Virus record (IMG/VR): IMGVR_UViG_3300021961_005592
Location: 51,210-115,209 of that record
DNA length: 64,000 bases
From: a virus
Strand: one strand, 5' to 3'
Shown here piece after piece: positions 21,243 to 29,966 of this stretch. The first letter of the stretch is position 1. Each line of letters starts with the position of its first letter. A program made the position numbers and the translations under genes. The notes beneath the pieces are model-generated. The model worked only from the letters and a program-made list of their open reading frames with translations. It was not told where the DNA came from and made no database searches.

Positions 21243-22506
21243 ACGGAGCAAACTCTGGATTAACGGCAGTAAAACTTATTTGATTACGACTATGGTCTAA
21301 TCTATGATTAAATTCTATACAATCTTGCCAATGTGATTTATACATACACCGTGCTTGTAAAAAGTTAATGTTGTCTTGTATTTGTTGTAGAGTAACTTGT
21401 TCTAGTAATTTGTGTTCACGTACTAACGGGTATTTTAAAATTTCTGTTTTCATTTGTTCTAGTCTTGCTACTACTTTTGATTTTAACTCAGGAGGTAGTA
21501 CTTGTGCAGATAACGGCATAGGATAAGTGACACGATGCGAATAAAAAACAATACCTAGTTTGTTAATAAAATAATCAATCACTTTATCAATCTGCATAAT
21601 GTTGTTTGCTTGCACTGTAAATGCACCAACTACTCTAGATACATTTGGAAAACTTTGAAATACTTTAATGTTTTCTTCTATTTCGCTAAACTTACCGTTG
21701 CCTCTAATGTATTCGTAAACATCGTGTATGCCGTCTATGCTTACGTTTACAGCAATGCTTTTAAACTTAGGCCAATAGTCGTGTATAGTGCGTCCGCCTT
21801 TTATACCTAGTGTAGTACCGTTTGTAGCATACTTTAGTTCTATGTTTTTGCCGTAAGGTGCTAACATGTCAAGTATCTTGTAATGATAAGGATCCATTAA
21901 AGGTTCCCCTCCCGCAAATTCTACTCTGCGGAAATGCGGCAGTAGTTTAGTAAAGGATGCCCACCAGTTTTCACTGTCGTCAAACGGTCCAATATATTTT
22001 CCGGGTGTGTCTGTAAGTTTGTCTATAATTGGAATGAGAATATTATTTTCTTTTTCGTAAAAAGGCTTTACCTCGTTCCAGTCTTTCCATTGTGTACTAT
22101 CTAAAGGATTACACATGCGACATTTGAGATTACAGAGGTTATTGAGCTTAATTTCCATCGTAGGAAGCTCAAACGGCATGCTGTAATCGTCGTTTAAAGC
22201 GTTTAGTGCGTTAGGGTATAAGTTGACCCTAGCTTCTGGTATAACCCCTGCTATATGACGCTGTCGTAAGCTCTGTACACCCTGATCTTCGAGGTCAAAG
22301 CAAGGTTTGCATACTTCTGGACGTTCACTGTTAAGTACTTGTCTACGTACTTCTCGCATAGTGTCGTTATTCCATGCTTCTTCTAGAGTTTCGTTTTGTA
22401 TGTAGCCAATAGGAGCACTGCGGCAGCAAACTTTAATTGCTCCGTCTTCTCGTGTAGCAAGTCCTGTAAAAGGGTGCATACAAAATGTACATGATTTATT
22501 TTTCAT
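21235..22506 (-). CDS. Radical SAM protein with N-terminal twitch/SPASM domain
   Basis: FCMHPF...VCC...CKPC; CNLKCRMC; FAGGEPL. Confidence 0.9.
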   Translation of the reverse strand: MKNKSCTFCMHPFTGLATREDGAIKVCCRSAPIGYIQNETLEEAWNNDTMREVRRQVLNSERPEVCKPCFDLEDQGVQSLRQRHIAGVIPEARVNLYPNALNALNDDYSMPFELPTMEIKLNNLCNLKCRMCNPLDSTQWKDWNEVKPFYEKENNILIPIIDKLTDTPGKYIGPFDDSENWWASFTKLLPHFRRVEFAGGEPLMDPYHYKILDMLAPYGKNIELKYATNGTTLGIKGGRTIHDYWPKFKSIAVNVSIDGIHDVYEYIRGNGKFSEIEENIKVFQSFPNVSRVVGAFTVQANNIMQIDKVIDYFINKLGIVFYSHRVTYPMPLSAQVLPPELKSKVVARLEQMKTEILKYPLVREHKLLEQVTLQQIQDNINFLQARCMYKSHWQDCIEFNHRLDHSRNQISFTAVNPEFAPYV

Positions 22507-23083
22507 TTAATACCTTAACTATATTTTCACTAGTGGTTTTATGAGATTGTATACCGGGATGTAAATTATCTGTTCCTTTATCTAATAAAAACATACCGTC
22601 TCTACAAAAATTTGAAATTTCTAATTTTTCATTTGTATACTTAGATAACTCGTGTATAGTAAATGGATAATGCAAGTATTTTAAATTTTTTGATTTTAAA
22701 AAAAGATCTGCATGGTGTATGCACATCCAACTTTTTGTATTGTAATCTGTTGCATTCATTAATTTTTGCCAAGACATATCTTTTGTTGAAGCACTAAATC
22801 TTTTTCTTAACGACTTAAATCTAGCTCCCCATTTACTAAAAATTAAATCTCGATGCGTATGTGTCCACATAATTACAATAGTATCTGTTGTTTTATAATC
22901 AAAGTTTAATACTTCGTAAAGAATTTCTGTATTACTAGCAGCAGGTTCGCCTTTGTTTATTAATTCTAAACTTAATTCTTTAGCTACTAAAGACGGCCAA
23001 GATATTTTACTTGGAAAAAGACCATCTCCGGGCAACCCTACTCCCCAAGTATAAGAACATCCAAAAGCAATTAATCTTGACAT
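22496..23083 (-). CDS. SGNH-like protein, paralog of 678..1319
   Basis: AFGCSYTWG, ASN, MWT...R, DNLHPG. Confidence 0.6.
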   Translation of the reverse strand: MSRLIAFGCSYTWGVGLPGDGLFPSKISWPSLVAKELSLELINKGEPAASNTEILYEVLNFDYKTTDTIVIMWTHTHRDLIFSKWGARFKSLRKRFSASTKDMSWQKLMNATDYNTKSWMCIHHADLFLKSKNLKYLHYPFTIHELSKYTNEKLEISNFCRDGMFLLDKGTDNLHPGIQSHKTTSENIVKVLNEK

Positions 23084-23748
23084 TTACTTATAGCCCATTC
23101 TCTCTCTTTACACCAAAAACATTCTCCGCATATCGGTACGTCTTGTCCAGGATCATATGTTGTATAATCTAAACCTTCAAACTCACCTTCGCAACTTCTT
23201 GTAATTTCTAATAAGTCTAGGATATCGTATTTGTAATATTGTTTGATAATCCAGTCTTTAGTAGTATACACAAAGGGATGATAAACGTCAATACCCATAT
23301 GTTCCATATGTATAGGTAATACCCCTTCATCTCTTTCAGGTAATGCTCCTGGTATTTCTATGTCTGGATTTTTATTTACAGCAGCAAACCATGCATCTAA
23401 TTTGTATGCATGTGCAACCCACTCGTTATGCGCACGAAGTATAATCCTGTTTCCAGGTTTCTTTGCTCCGTATTCATCTGTTATAAGAGGACTAATAGGT
23501 TCTTCTAATTCAGGAGGAATAAATCCTTCTATGTGTTCAAAACGATTTGGAAAATTATATTTAAACCATCTAACAACTTGTTGAGCAATGTAACGTTGCC
23601 AAGGACGAGTTTTCCACATACGTATTTGTGTAGTAAAATAGATATCTGCATTAGATTCTTTTACTATAAGATATGCTAAAAGCGCACTGTCTGCACCACC
23701 GCTTAAACTAATACCAATTCTTTTCCATTCTTTATCTATGTGTATCAT
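23071..23748 (-). CDS. QueC-like PP-loop ATPase with C-terminal Zn motif
   Basis: SLSGGADS; PF....K..I; TRSC...CGECFWCKER. Confidence 0.65.
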   Translation of the reverse strand: MIHIDKEWKRIGISLSGGADSALLAYLIVKESNADIYFTTQIRMWKTRPWQRYIAQQVVRWFKYNFPNRFEHIEGFIPPELEEPISPLITDEYGAKKPGNRIILRAHNEWVAHAYKLDAWFAAVNKNPDIEIPGALPERDEGVLPIHMEHMGIDVYHPFVYTTKDWIIKQYYKYDILDLLEITRSCEGEFEGLDYTTYDPGQDVPICGECFWCKEREWAISKCQD

Positions 23749-24437
23749 AATTCTTTTAGAACTTTCTCAATAAATTCGGTAGGATAATTTGTTCTAAAAC
23801 TATTCCAACATAACTTATTCATAGTTTCAAATGTTTGCGGGGTGTTCCAATCTATTCCTAAAGTTTCTAAATATTTTTTCATTTCGTCTTGACGTGTACT
23901 GTATATGTGACTTTCTACATCTGCAATACTAAAATTAGGTTCGTCTTTATGATATGTAAAAAAATAATTGATACTTTTTAATTTTCCATCGACAATAAAA
24001 TAACTTGATGGATGCATACTGTACTTGTGAAGACCTAAACTTTTATGTGCTTTAATTATTTCAAGCATTTGATCTTGCCAGTCTGGTAATACACTATCAT
24101 AATTTTCTGTTAAACAACCTGCACGATTCCAAAAGTCAAGTCCGTCTATTTCCAAATGTAGTTTTTTATTTTCTAGATCAATTTTAATAATTTTTGGAAT
24201 TAAGTCCGGGTATGCATTACGCATTTGTGTAATGTAGTTAATTTCACGTAGCCACTTCTCGTTCATCTTAGTAGGATCAACTACTTGATTTTGTCCTTTA
24301 TGATACTCTCCGTCGTTATAATACCATTGGACAAATTCTGTTTTATCTTTGTTAACTAGGCTTGTGTAAATTAAGTTGTTACGGCATAACCCTACTCCGG
24401 GTACGTTATTCCAGTAATAATCATAATTGTTTTCCAT
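23745..24437 (-). CDS. Protein kinase-like (APH/RIO-like) fold protein
   Basis: W.REI.......PKII, H.LG..K.S.HP..Y.IVDG.LK.I; start moved to ATG 24437. Confidence 0.45.
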   Translation of the reverse strand: MENNYDYYWNNVPGVGLCRNNLIYTSLVNKDKTEFVQWYYNDGEYHKGQNQVVDPTKMNEKWLREINYITQMRNAYPDLIPKIIKIDLENKKLHLEIDGLDFWNRAGCLTENYDSVLPDWQDQMLEIIKAHKSLGLHKYSMHPSSYFIVDGKLKSINYFFTYHKDEPNFSIADVESHIYSTRQDEMKKYLETLGIDWNTPQTFETMNKLCWNSFRTNYPTEFIEKVLKEL

Positions 24438-24465
24438 ATAAATACTTATTGATAAGTACTTATAT
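24436..24465. promoter_or_regulatory. Palindromic bidirectional late-type promoter between divergent genes
   Basis: ATATAAATACTTAT-TG-ATAAGTACTTATAT (14-bp arms, 1 mismatch); ATAAGTA-N5-ATG on both strands. Confidence 0.6.
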
Positions 24466-25279
24466 GATACGAGGAATTGGCAATAAACCATATATCAATT
24501 TAGATCCTTACCTAGACGTGGAAGGATTTAAAAACCTGCATCCTGAAATATGCAAGGGATTTGCACTTGCACGTGACTATGCAAAAGAAGGAACTTGGAT
24601 GGCACCAGGTTTTAAATTTGATGATATGAGTTATATCATCGATTGGAAGCCAATATACAAAGCATTTGCTGAGTACCAATCACTTCCAGATGATCATCCT
24701 ATTAAAGTACAAGGCCGCGAGATATTTCCTACAGACTTCAAAGATTACAAACAACGTAATACATTTACACGCTATCTTAAAACAACATTAGGTGCAAACG
24801 ATCCTTACATTTATTATTTTTTATGGAATGAGGGTGACTGGAACGAGCGTAATGCAGAGCGTCAAAAAACTGAAGAATCAAAGTTTTTTCCTAAAGTAGT
24901 TGAATGGGTTGAGAGTTTACAGACTAAAGGTATTATTAACAGAATAGGTAGAGTTATTTTCTTTCATTGTGATCATAATGGTAAAGCATTTGAACATAGA
25001 GACTTAGATGCTAATAATGGTGTACACGATGACAAGCAATATAGTCCACATAACAACGAATTCATTCATATACGTTATCGTACTAAGCGTGGATTTTATA
25101 TATGGGATCCTGAAAGTGAAAACAAGTATTACTTAAATTGTCATGCAGCATTTTGGAATGATCAAGATTGGCATGGTGGAGAAGAATCTAAAGAAGTAGA
25201 GTACGGTCTACGTATTGATTGTAAGTTTACACCGGAGTTTAGAAACGCTATAGGGATAGGTCACCTAGACCATTACTAA
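24464..25279 (+). CDS. 2OG-Fe(II) oxygenase-like (DSBH) protein
   Basis: GRV.F...EHRD ... WHG ... LRIDC; ATG at 24464. Confidence 0.55.
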   Translation: MIRGIGNKPYINLDPYLDVEGFKNLHPEICKGFALARDYAKEGTWMAPGFKFDDMSYIIDWKPIYKAFAEYQSLPDDHPIKVQGREIFPTDFKDYKQRNTFTRYLKTTLGANDPYIYYFLWNEGDWNERNAERQKTEESKFFPKVVEWVESLQTKGIINRIGRVIFFHCDHNGKAFEHRDLDANNGVHDDKQYSPHNNEFIHIRYRTKRGFYIWDPESENKYYLNCHAAFWNDQDWHGGEESKEVEYGLRIDCKFTPEFRNAIGIGHLDHY

Positions 25280-25754
25280 CTTCTATTCTTACAGGTAAAA
25301 TACTTTTACCATTAATTACACTATCAACAGTTGAACATATCTGTTCGTTAGTAACGCTGGGCACAACACCTTCACCATAGTTTGAAATACTAATTAATGC
25401 ACTATTTTTGAGTTCTTTATGTACATATTCTAGAAATAGTTTTTGTGATATGTACTCTGGATTGTTAAACCGTTTCATAGCAGACCAAGCAAATTGTGTT
25501 ATTAGGCTTGTAAAACTTATGTTAATTTTTGCATTGCTTTTTTCTAGTAGTAAACCTTGTATAAAGTTTATGTGTGCTAAATTAATAAAAACATCACAGT
25601 CATCTGTTAGTGTTATTAGACGGTCCTGATGTTCTCTGTTTTCTAAATTCCAACCTTGTTTTCTCGATGCAGTAGTAACGTCGTGACTTTTATTTAAATG
25701 AGAAAATAGTACTTTTCCAATAGGACTTGTAGAACCAGTTAAAATAATTTTCAT
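25248..25754 (-). CDS. Short NAD(P)-binding Rossmann (SDR-like) protein
   Basis: ILTGSTSPIG, DVFINLAH, YISQK (YxxxK); ATG 25754. Confidence 0.6.
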   Translation of the reverse strand: MKIILTGSTSPIGKVLFSHLNKSHDVTTASRKQGWNLENREHQDRLITLTDDCDVFINLAHINFIQGLLLEKSNAKINISFTSLITQFAWSAMKRFNNPEYISQKLFLEYVHKELKNSALISISNYGEGVVPSVTNEQICSTVDSVINGKSILPVRIEVSNGLGDLSL

Positions 25755-25755
25755 A

Positions 25756-26304
25756 TCATCCCCAAATGTTAAACAAATATTTAGGCTCCGTTCCTGCGTT
25801 GGCACCAGCATGCCAACTTTTACGACCAGGCCATTGATATACATTGCCTTGAGCCTCGTTAAAAAAGACAGTGTCGTCAACTTGGAAAAAATGCCCAGGC
25901 CTTGGGATATCTATATGACAATGAAATCGTCTGAGATTGCCTTTGGCATCTAGTGTCCTTTCGTCGTCAGTTATGTCCCAGTGCCAAGGCGCAACATCAC
26001 CCGGCAAAACTTTACTAATCCAACAATTTATGTAAGACGTCATTCCAATAAAATTCATAAATGTTGTAACTACTTCTTCAGGAAATTGTTTTCCAGGAAA
26101 ATGCATTTCCCAACTAGCATTGCCACCTTCTGCTTTAAATTTGTAACCTGCATTACGTAGAGGCGCAGCAACTTCGTTAACTCCTTCTACTGGATGCCCT
26201 ACATCATGTTTAGGACCAATATATGCTGGTGCTGAATTATTAACACATTGGATAACGTGATTCCAATCAATTATATCATTACAATTTCCAATAAATTTAA
26301 CCAT
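25756..26304 (-). CDS. 2OG-Fe(II) oxygenase-like protein
   Basis: PG..APWHWD ... WHAGAN. Confidence 0.65.
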   Translation of the reverse strand: MVKFIGNCNDIIDWNHVIQCVNNSAPAYIGPKHDVGHPVEGVNEVAAPLRNAGYKFKAEGGNASWEMHFPGKQFPEEVVTTFMNFIGMTSYINCWISKVLPGDVAPWHWDITDDERTLDAKGNLRRFHCHIDIPRPGHFFQVDDTVFFNEAQGNVYQWPGRKSWHAGANAGTEPKYLFNIWG

Positions 26305-26851
26305 TTAAAAAATCCCCAGGCCAATTTCCTATATTTTGTTTTATTGTGTAATCATAAGTATCTTTTATATTTAATATATTATTTTCAAACTGAAATCTAT
26401 TTTTGTCATTTATGATATTACCAATCATATCTTGTTTAATTTCGTCATCGTAGCATACACATGCATGTAAGTCCATTATATGTATTTTAGACTCTTTTAT
26501 ATAAAATGTGTGAGGGTATATGTTAAGTTTATATAATCCTAAACTTTCTAAGTCTATCAAAATATCTTTAATTTGTTGTTGCCAGTTGTTCGGTAAGTCT
26601 GTATTAAAATGCAACAGATGATTTAAACTGCTGTTGTACCATTTAAATTTTATTTCTTTATCAAGCGCATTAATTGAAATAATTTCAGGAGCATACGGTT
26701 TATAACAGGTTAATCCAATTCCTTTTACTTCTTGATTAAACCAAAAAGCATTTTTAAATTTCATCACAAATATGTTATCATCATAAAACCCGTCGTATAT
26801 AGGTGTTGCTTGACATAGGTTGCCATCTATATATTTCTTAAATTGGATCAT
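26297..26851 (-). CDS. Kinase-like protein, distant paralog of 23745..24437
   Basis: QEV......PEII; WQ.Q...I...LGLYK.NIYP..FYI...KIHIMD. Confidence 0.4.
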   Translation of the reverse strand: MIQFKKYIDGNLCQATPIYDGFYDDNIFVMKFKNAFWFNQEVKGIGLTCYKPYAPEIISINALDKEIKFKWYNSSLNHLLHFNTDLPNNWQQQIKDILIDLESLGLYKLNIYPHTFYIKESKIHIMDLHACVCYDDEIKQDMIGNIINDKNRFQFENNILNIKDTYDYTIKQNIGNWPGDFLNG

Positions 26852-26868
26852 AAGCTACTCTTGTGTCA

Positions 26869-28101
26869 TTATACTTCTAACCAACTTATATCTGCATTTT
26901 TAATTTTTTCTCTAGCAGAATATATTTGTTCTTTACTATACATTATAGCACTAAATGGATAGATTGTCAATATAGTACTAGTATGTATAATAGTTTTTCC
27001 GTCAATAAAACTTAATAAACTGTCAGTGTTAGTAACACAATCGCATACTAAAAAATCTACTTCTTTAGACTGTTTAAAATTATTCCAGTCTTTGAATTCT
27101 AGCAAGTATTTTTTAGATTGAATTAGATCATATTCTGAAGTAGGCTCTATACTAAGATTTTTTGCTTTTGCATAATCTAAAACAAGCTGATTATAATTAT
27201 TTCCGTCCCATTCGTTATACAATTTCCGTTTAAACTCGATGTTGTTTGGATTCTTATCGTAAAATATTATTCTTTTTGCGTTAGATTTAATAGCCAAATC
27301 TTCAGCTAAAAATCCTGTAGCTGGAGCAATGACAGTGTCGGCGTTGCCAAGAACTTTTACTTCTTCATAATGATATGCATTTAGAACATTGAACTCTTGA
27401 ACTTTAATTATTGCTGATATTAGCATTGTTTGTGCTTCGTCTAAATCTGGAATTAGAACAAGATTTTTAAGAGCATATTCGAAATTACTAGTATTTCTTG
27501 TAGGATAACAAAACCCTCTAGCAGGCAATCGTTCTCCTAAAAGATATTGATGATCGTTGTATCTCCATTCGTGATCCCAATTTGATATTTTATATCCGTT
27601 TGACAAACAGTGGTCAATAAGTTTTGTCCCAAATTTATCTTGACGAGCTATTTTACTTTCCCCCAAAGAAATACTCAACGGAGCCCATCCCCCATGCATA
27701 TCTTCTTCACTACGTATTAATTCATTACCAATTATATTACCTTGCGAAAAGTCTAATGTATTAAACGCTTTTGTATTAATAATAAAAAATTGTTCGTGCA
27801 TCCACGGAGTTTCGTCTCCGTGTTGTAATAGATTGCCCATTAACCCTATATTATTTGGAATGTTATGTATCTTATCCCATATATGGTCTCTATCAATGAT
27901 AACAGTTCCGGCAGTTGCAACTACTAGCAATTCGGCAGCATTTAGGTGTTTGTTTATATCGTTGTAGTTGTTTATATAGATAACAGGATATTTTTCTATA
28001 TTTAAGATACTAATAAACGCTTCGGTTATTTGCATCATTTTTTCATTTAACCAGTTGCTTTTAGAAAAGCTCGGTACTAAAATGAAAGCTACCTTTTGCA
28101 T
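26869..28101 (-). CDS. Hypothetical protein
   Basis: 410-aa ORF in operon context. Confidence 0.7.
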   Translation of the reverse strand: MQKVAFILVPSFSKSNWLNEKMMQITEAFISILNIEKYPVIYINNYNDINKHLNAAELLVVATAGTVIIDRDHIWDKIHNIPNNIGLMGNLLQHGDETPWMHEQFFIINTKAFNTLDFSQGNIIGNELIRSEEDMHGGWAPLSISLGESKIARQDKFGTKLIDHCLSNGYKISNWDHEWRYNDHQYLLGERLPARGFCYPTRNTSNFEYALKNLVLIPDLDEAQTMLISAIIKVQEFNVLNAYHYEEVKVLGNADTVIAPATGFLAEDLAIKSNAKRIIFYDKNPNNIEFKRKLYNEWDGNNYNQLVLDYAKAKNLSIEPTSEYDLIQSKKYLLEFKDWNNFKQSKEVDFLVCDCVTNTDSLLSFIDGKTIIHTSTILTIYPFSAIMYSKEQIYSAREKIKNADISWLEV

Positions 28102-28747
28102 TTTGTATCTCCAATGATCGTTGTATTAGATCTAAATATTTTGACGTACTATCATAATGGTGTATAATTAAATGATACCTGTCTTCTTGACTAGGATTAA
28201 CTACACTATGTTCATAGCTTAAATTCATAGCATATACATCACCAGGTTGAATCTCTAAAGTTTCGCCATCATTCCATTTCCACACACATCCTTTTGGATT
28301 TGTAATAGCAATATTAATAGCACCTAATATACTATGTTTGGTATCTATGTGCGGTTCAATTACACCACCGGCTTCTAGTAGCATAAATCTAGTACGACCA
28401 TAGCTGTTACTTGGATATACTTCTTTTAACCATTTAGTTGTTATAGGACACATCTTTGAAATTTCTGTCCATTGCATATCTGATACTGCTTCTCTAGCAT
28501 TTTTATAACCGTAAGCATCCCAAGCGTATGGGTCTTTACTTGATTTACCTACAATAGGTAAACTAGCCCATCCTTTAGTCTTATAAGATGCTCTGTAGTC
28601 TACAAAGTTTTCTTTTAAAGCAATAACTTCTGAAAATACTTCCTTGTAAGGAAATTTAATATCTAGTTTAAGATATTTTAGATCGCTCAGTAAGTATTCA
28701 CGTCCTTTACACAGCTCTCCGTTAATGCATTCTTTAAATGGAGACAT
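28061..28747 (-). CDS. Aspartyl/asparaginyl beta-hydroxylase family 2OG-Fe(II) oxygenase
   Basis: RFMLLEAGG.IEPHID ... HSVVN.S.EDRYHLI. Confidence 0.8.
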   Translation of the reverse strand: MSPFKECINGELCKGREYLLSDLKYLKLDIKFPYKEVFSEVIALKENFVDYRASYKTKGWASLPIVGKSSKDPYAWDAYGYKNAREAVSDMQWTEISKMCPITTKWLKEVYPSNSYGRTRFMLLEAGGVIEPHIDTKHSILGAINIAITNPKGCVWKWNDGETLEIQPGDVYAMNLSYEHSVVNPSQEDRYHLIIHHYDSTSKYLDLIQRSLEIQNAKGSFHFSTELF

Positions 28748-29417
28748 GCTCTAATCTGATCTCCATATTTGTTTTATTACATGCTGCTTTAAGTTCTGTA
28801 AACATTGTTTGTTCAATATCAAACTCTACATGAGTATTGTGTTGACAGAAGTTTGTTATTTCTCTGCTCTTACACCATCTGTTTAATTTAGGACTTATGT
28901 ATTGATCAAATATATATCTATAATTAGTAGGCGGATTATCAATGTACATCTTAACATTAATTGGATTGTTGAGCGCAACATCAGACAGTAATTTTCGAAC
29001 AACTAGTTGATATCTAGAACTTTCACCAAAGTTTACAGCACTATGTAAAATTCCAGCATCCATACTATGCCATATGCCAGGTGCAGTTTGAAACATTTTC
29101 TGATTTTCTAAATCTATTAAGAAACTGTTGCCTGTACTAAACGACAAGTGCCATCTATCATCAATATCGGCGTGCATAGTGTAACAGGTTTTAATATCAA
29201 GATTTATAATTCTTGCTTCGCCTACATTATCATACGGAAGTGTATTTAAAATTTCTTCCCAAATAGTATCTTTGAATTCGTCCTTTAAAACCCACTTGTC
29301 ATAGAAAAATCTACCAGTCGGCATGTTAAGTGAAAGTTTTCCAATATCATCTGACAATGATGCTGTTGCTTTAGCAAGTAGATGAGAGGAGACATGAATG
29401 TTGGTAGGTACTATCAT
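28734..29417 (-). CDS. Aspartyl/asparaginyl beta-hydroxylase-like 2OG-Fe(II) oxygenase
   Basis: ARII.L....Y.MHADID.RWH ... HSAVNFG..SR. Confidence 0.7.
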   Translation of the reverse strand: MIVPTNIHVSSHLLAKATASLSDDIGKLSLNMPTGRFFYDKWVLKDEFKDTIWEEILNTLPYDNVGEARIINLDIKTCYTMHADIDDRWHLSFSTGNSFLIDLENQKMFQTAPGIWHSMDAGILHSAVNFGESSRYQLVVRKLLSDVALNNPINVKMYIDNPPTNYRYIFDQYISPKLNRWCKSREITNFCQHNTHVEFDIEQTMFTELKAACNKTNMEIRLEHVSI

Positions 29418-29456
29418 AACTTTATTTATTGTTACCTATACACCTATAAATACAAT
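29418..29456. promoter_or_regulatory. Back-to-back late-type promoters for probably leaderless transcripts
   Basis: + strand TATAAATA(29445-29452)-CAAT-ATG; - strand AATAAATA(29430-29423)-AAGTT-ATG; no SD on either side. Confidence 0.6.
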
Positions 29457-29966
29457 ATGAAACACATTACTCCTTTTTGGGACGACTACTATTTAAATTT
29501 AGATTACACTGTAGAATCTTTTAGAGATTCGGAGCAAGTTTCTCGCTGGAAGCAGTCGGGACATAACTTAAATAACTTGACTATTGATTTATACCAAAAC
29601 GCAACAGATAATAGCATAACATTAAAAATTAAAGAACACTTTCCAGACTTAAGAGATATTGGCATTTCTTTCCATAGATTACGTCCAGGACATTTTTTAC
29701 CCATGCATGTTGATAGGTATAAATTTTATGCTTCAAGGCATAACATTACAGATCTAAATCAAATTAAAAGGTACGTTGTATTCCTTGAGGATAGTAAACT
29801 AGGGCATATGCTAGTTGTCAATGACACAGTATATTCAAAATGGAAAGCTGGTGATGTTCAAGGCTGGAACGGAGAAACACCACATAGCGCAATTAATGTG
29901 GGTATGGAAGATAGATATACTTTACAAGTTACCGGAATAGATGTTAGTAGAACCTTTAATCCTTGA
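29457..29966 (+). CDS. 2OG-Fe(II) oxygenase-like protein
   Basis: PG..LPMHVD ... PHSAIN.G.EDRYTLQ; ATG 29457. Confidence 0.7.
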   Translation: MKHITPFWDDYYLNLDYTVESFRDSEQVSRWKQSGHNLNNLTIDLYQNATDNSITLKIKEHFPDLRDIGISFHRLRPGHFLPMHVDRYKFYASRHNITDLNQIKRYVVFLEDSKLGHMLVVNDTVYSKWKAGDVQGWNGETPHSAINVGMEDRYTLQVTGIDVSRTFNP

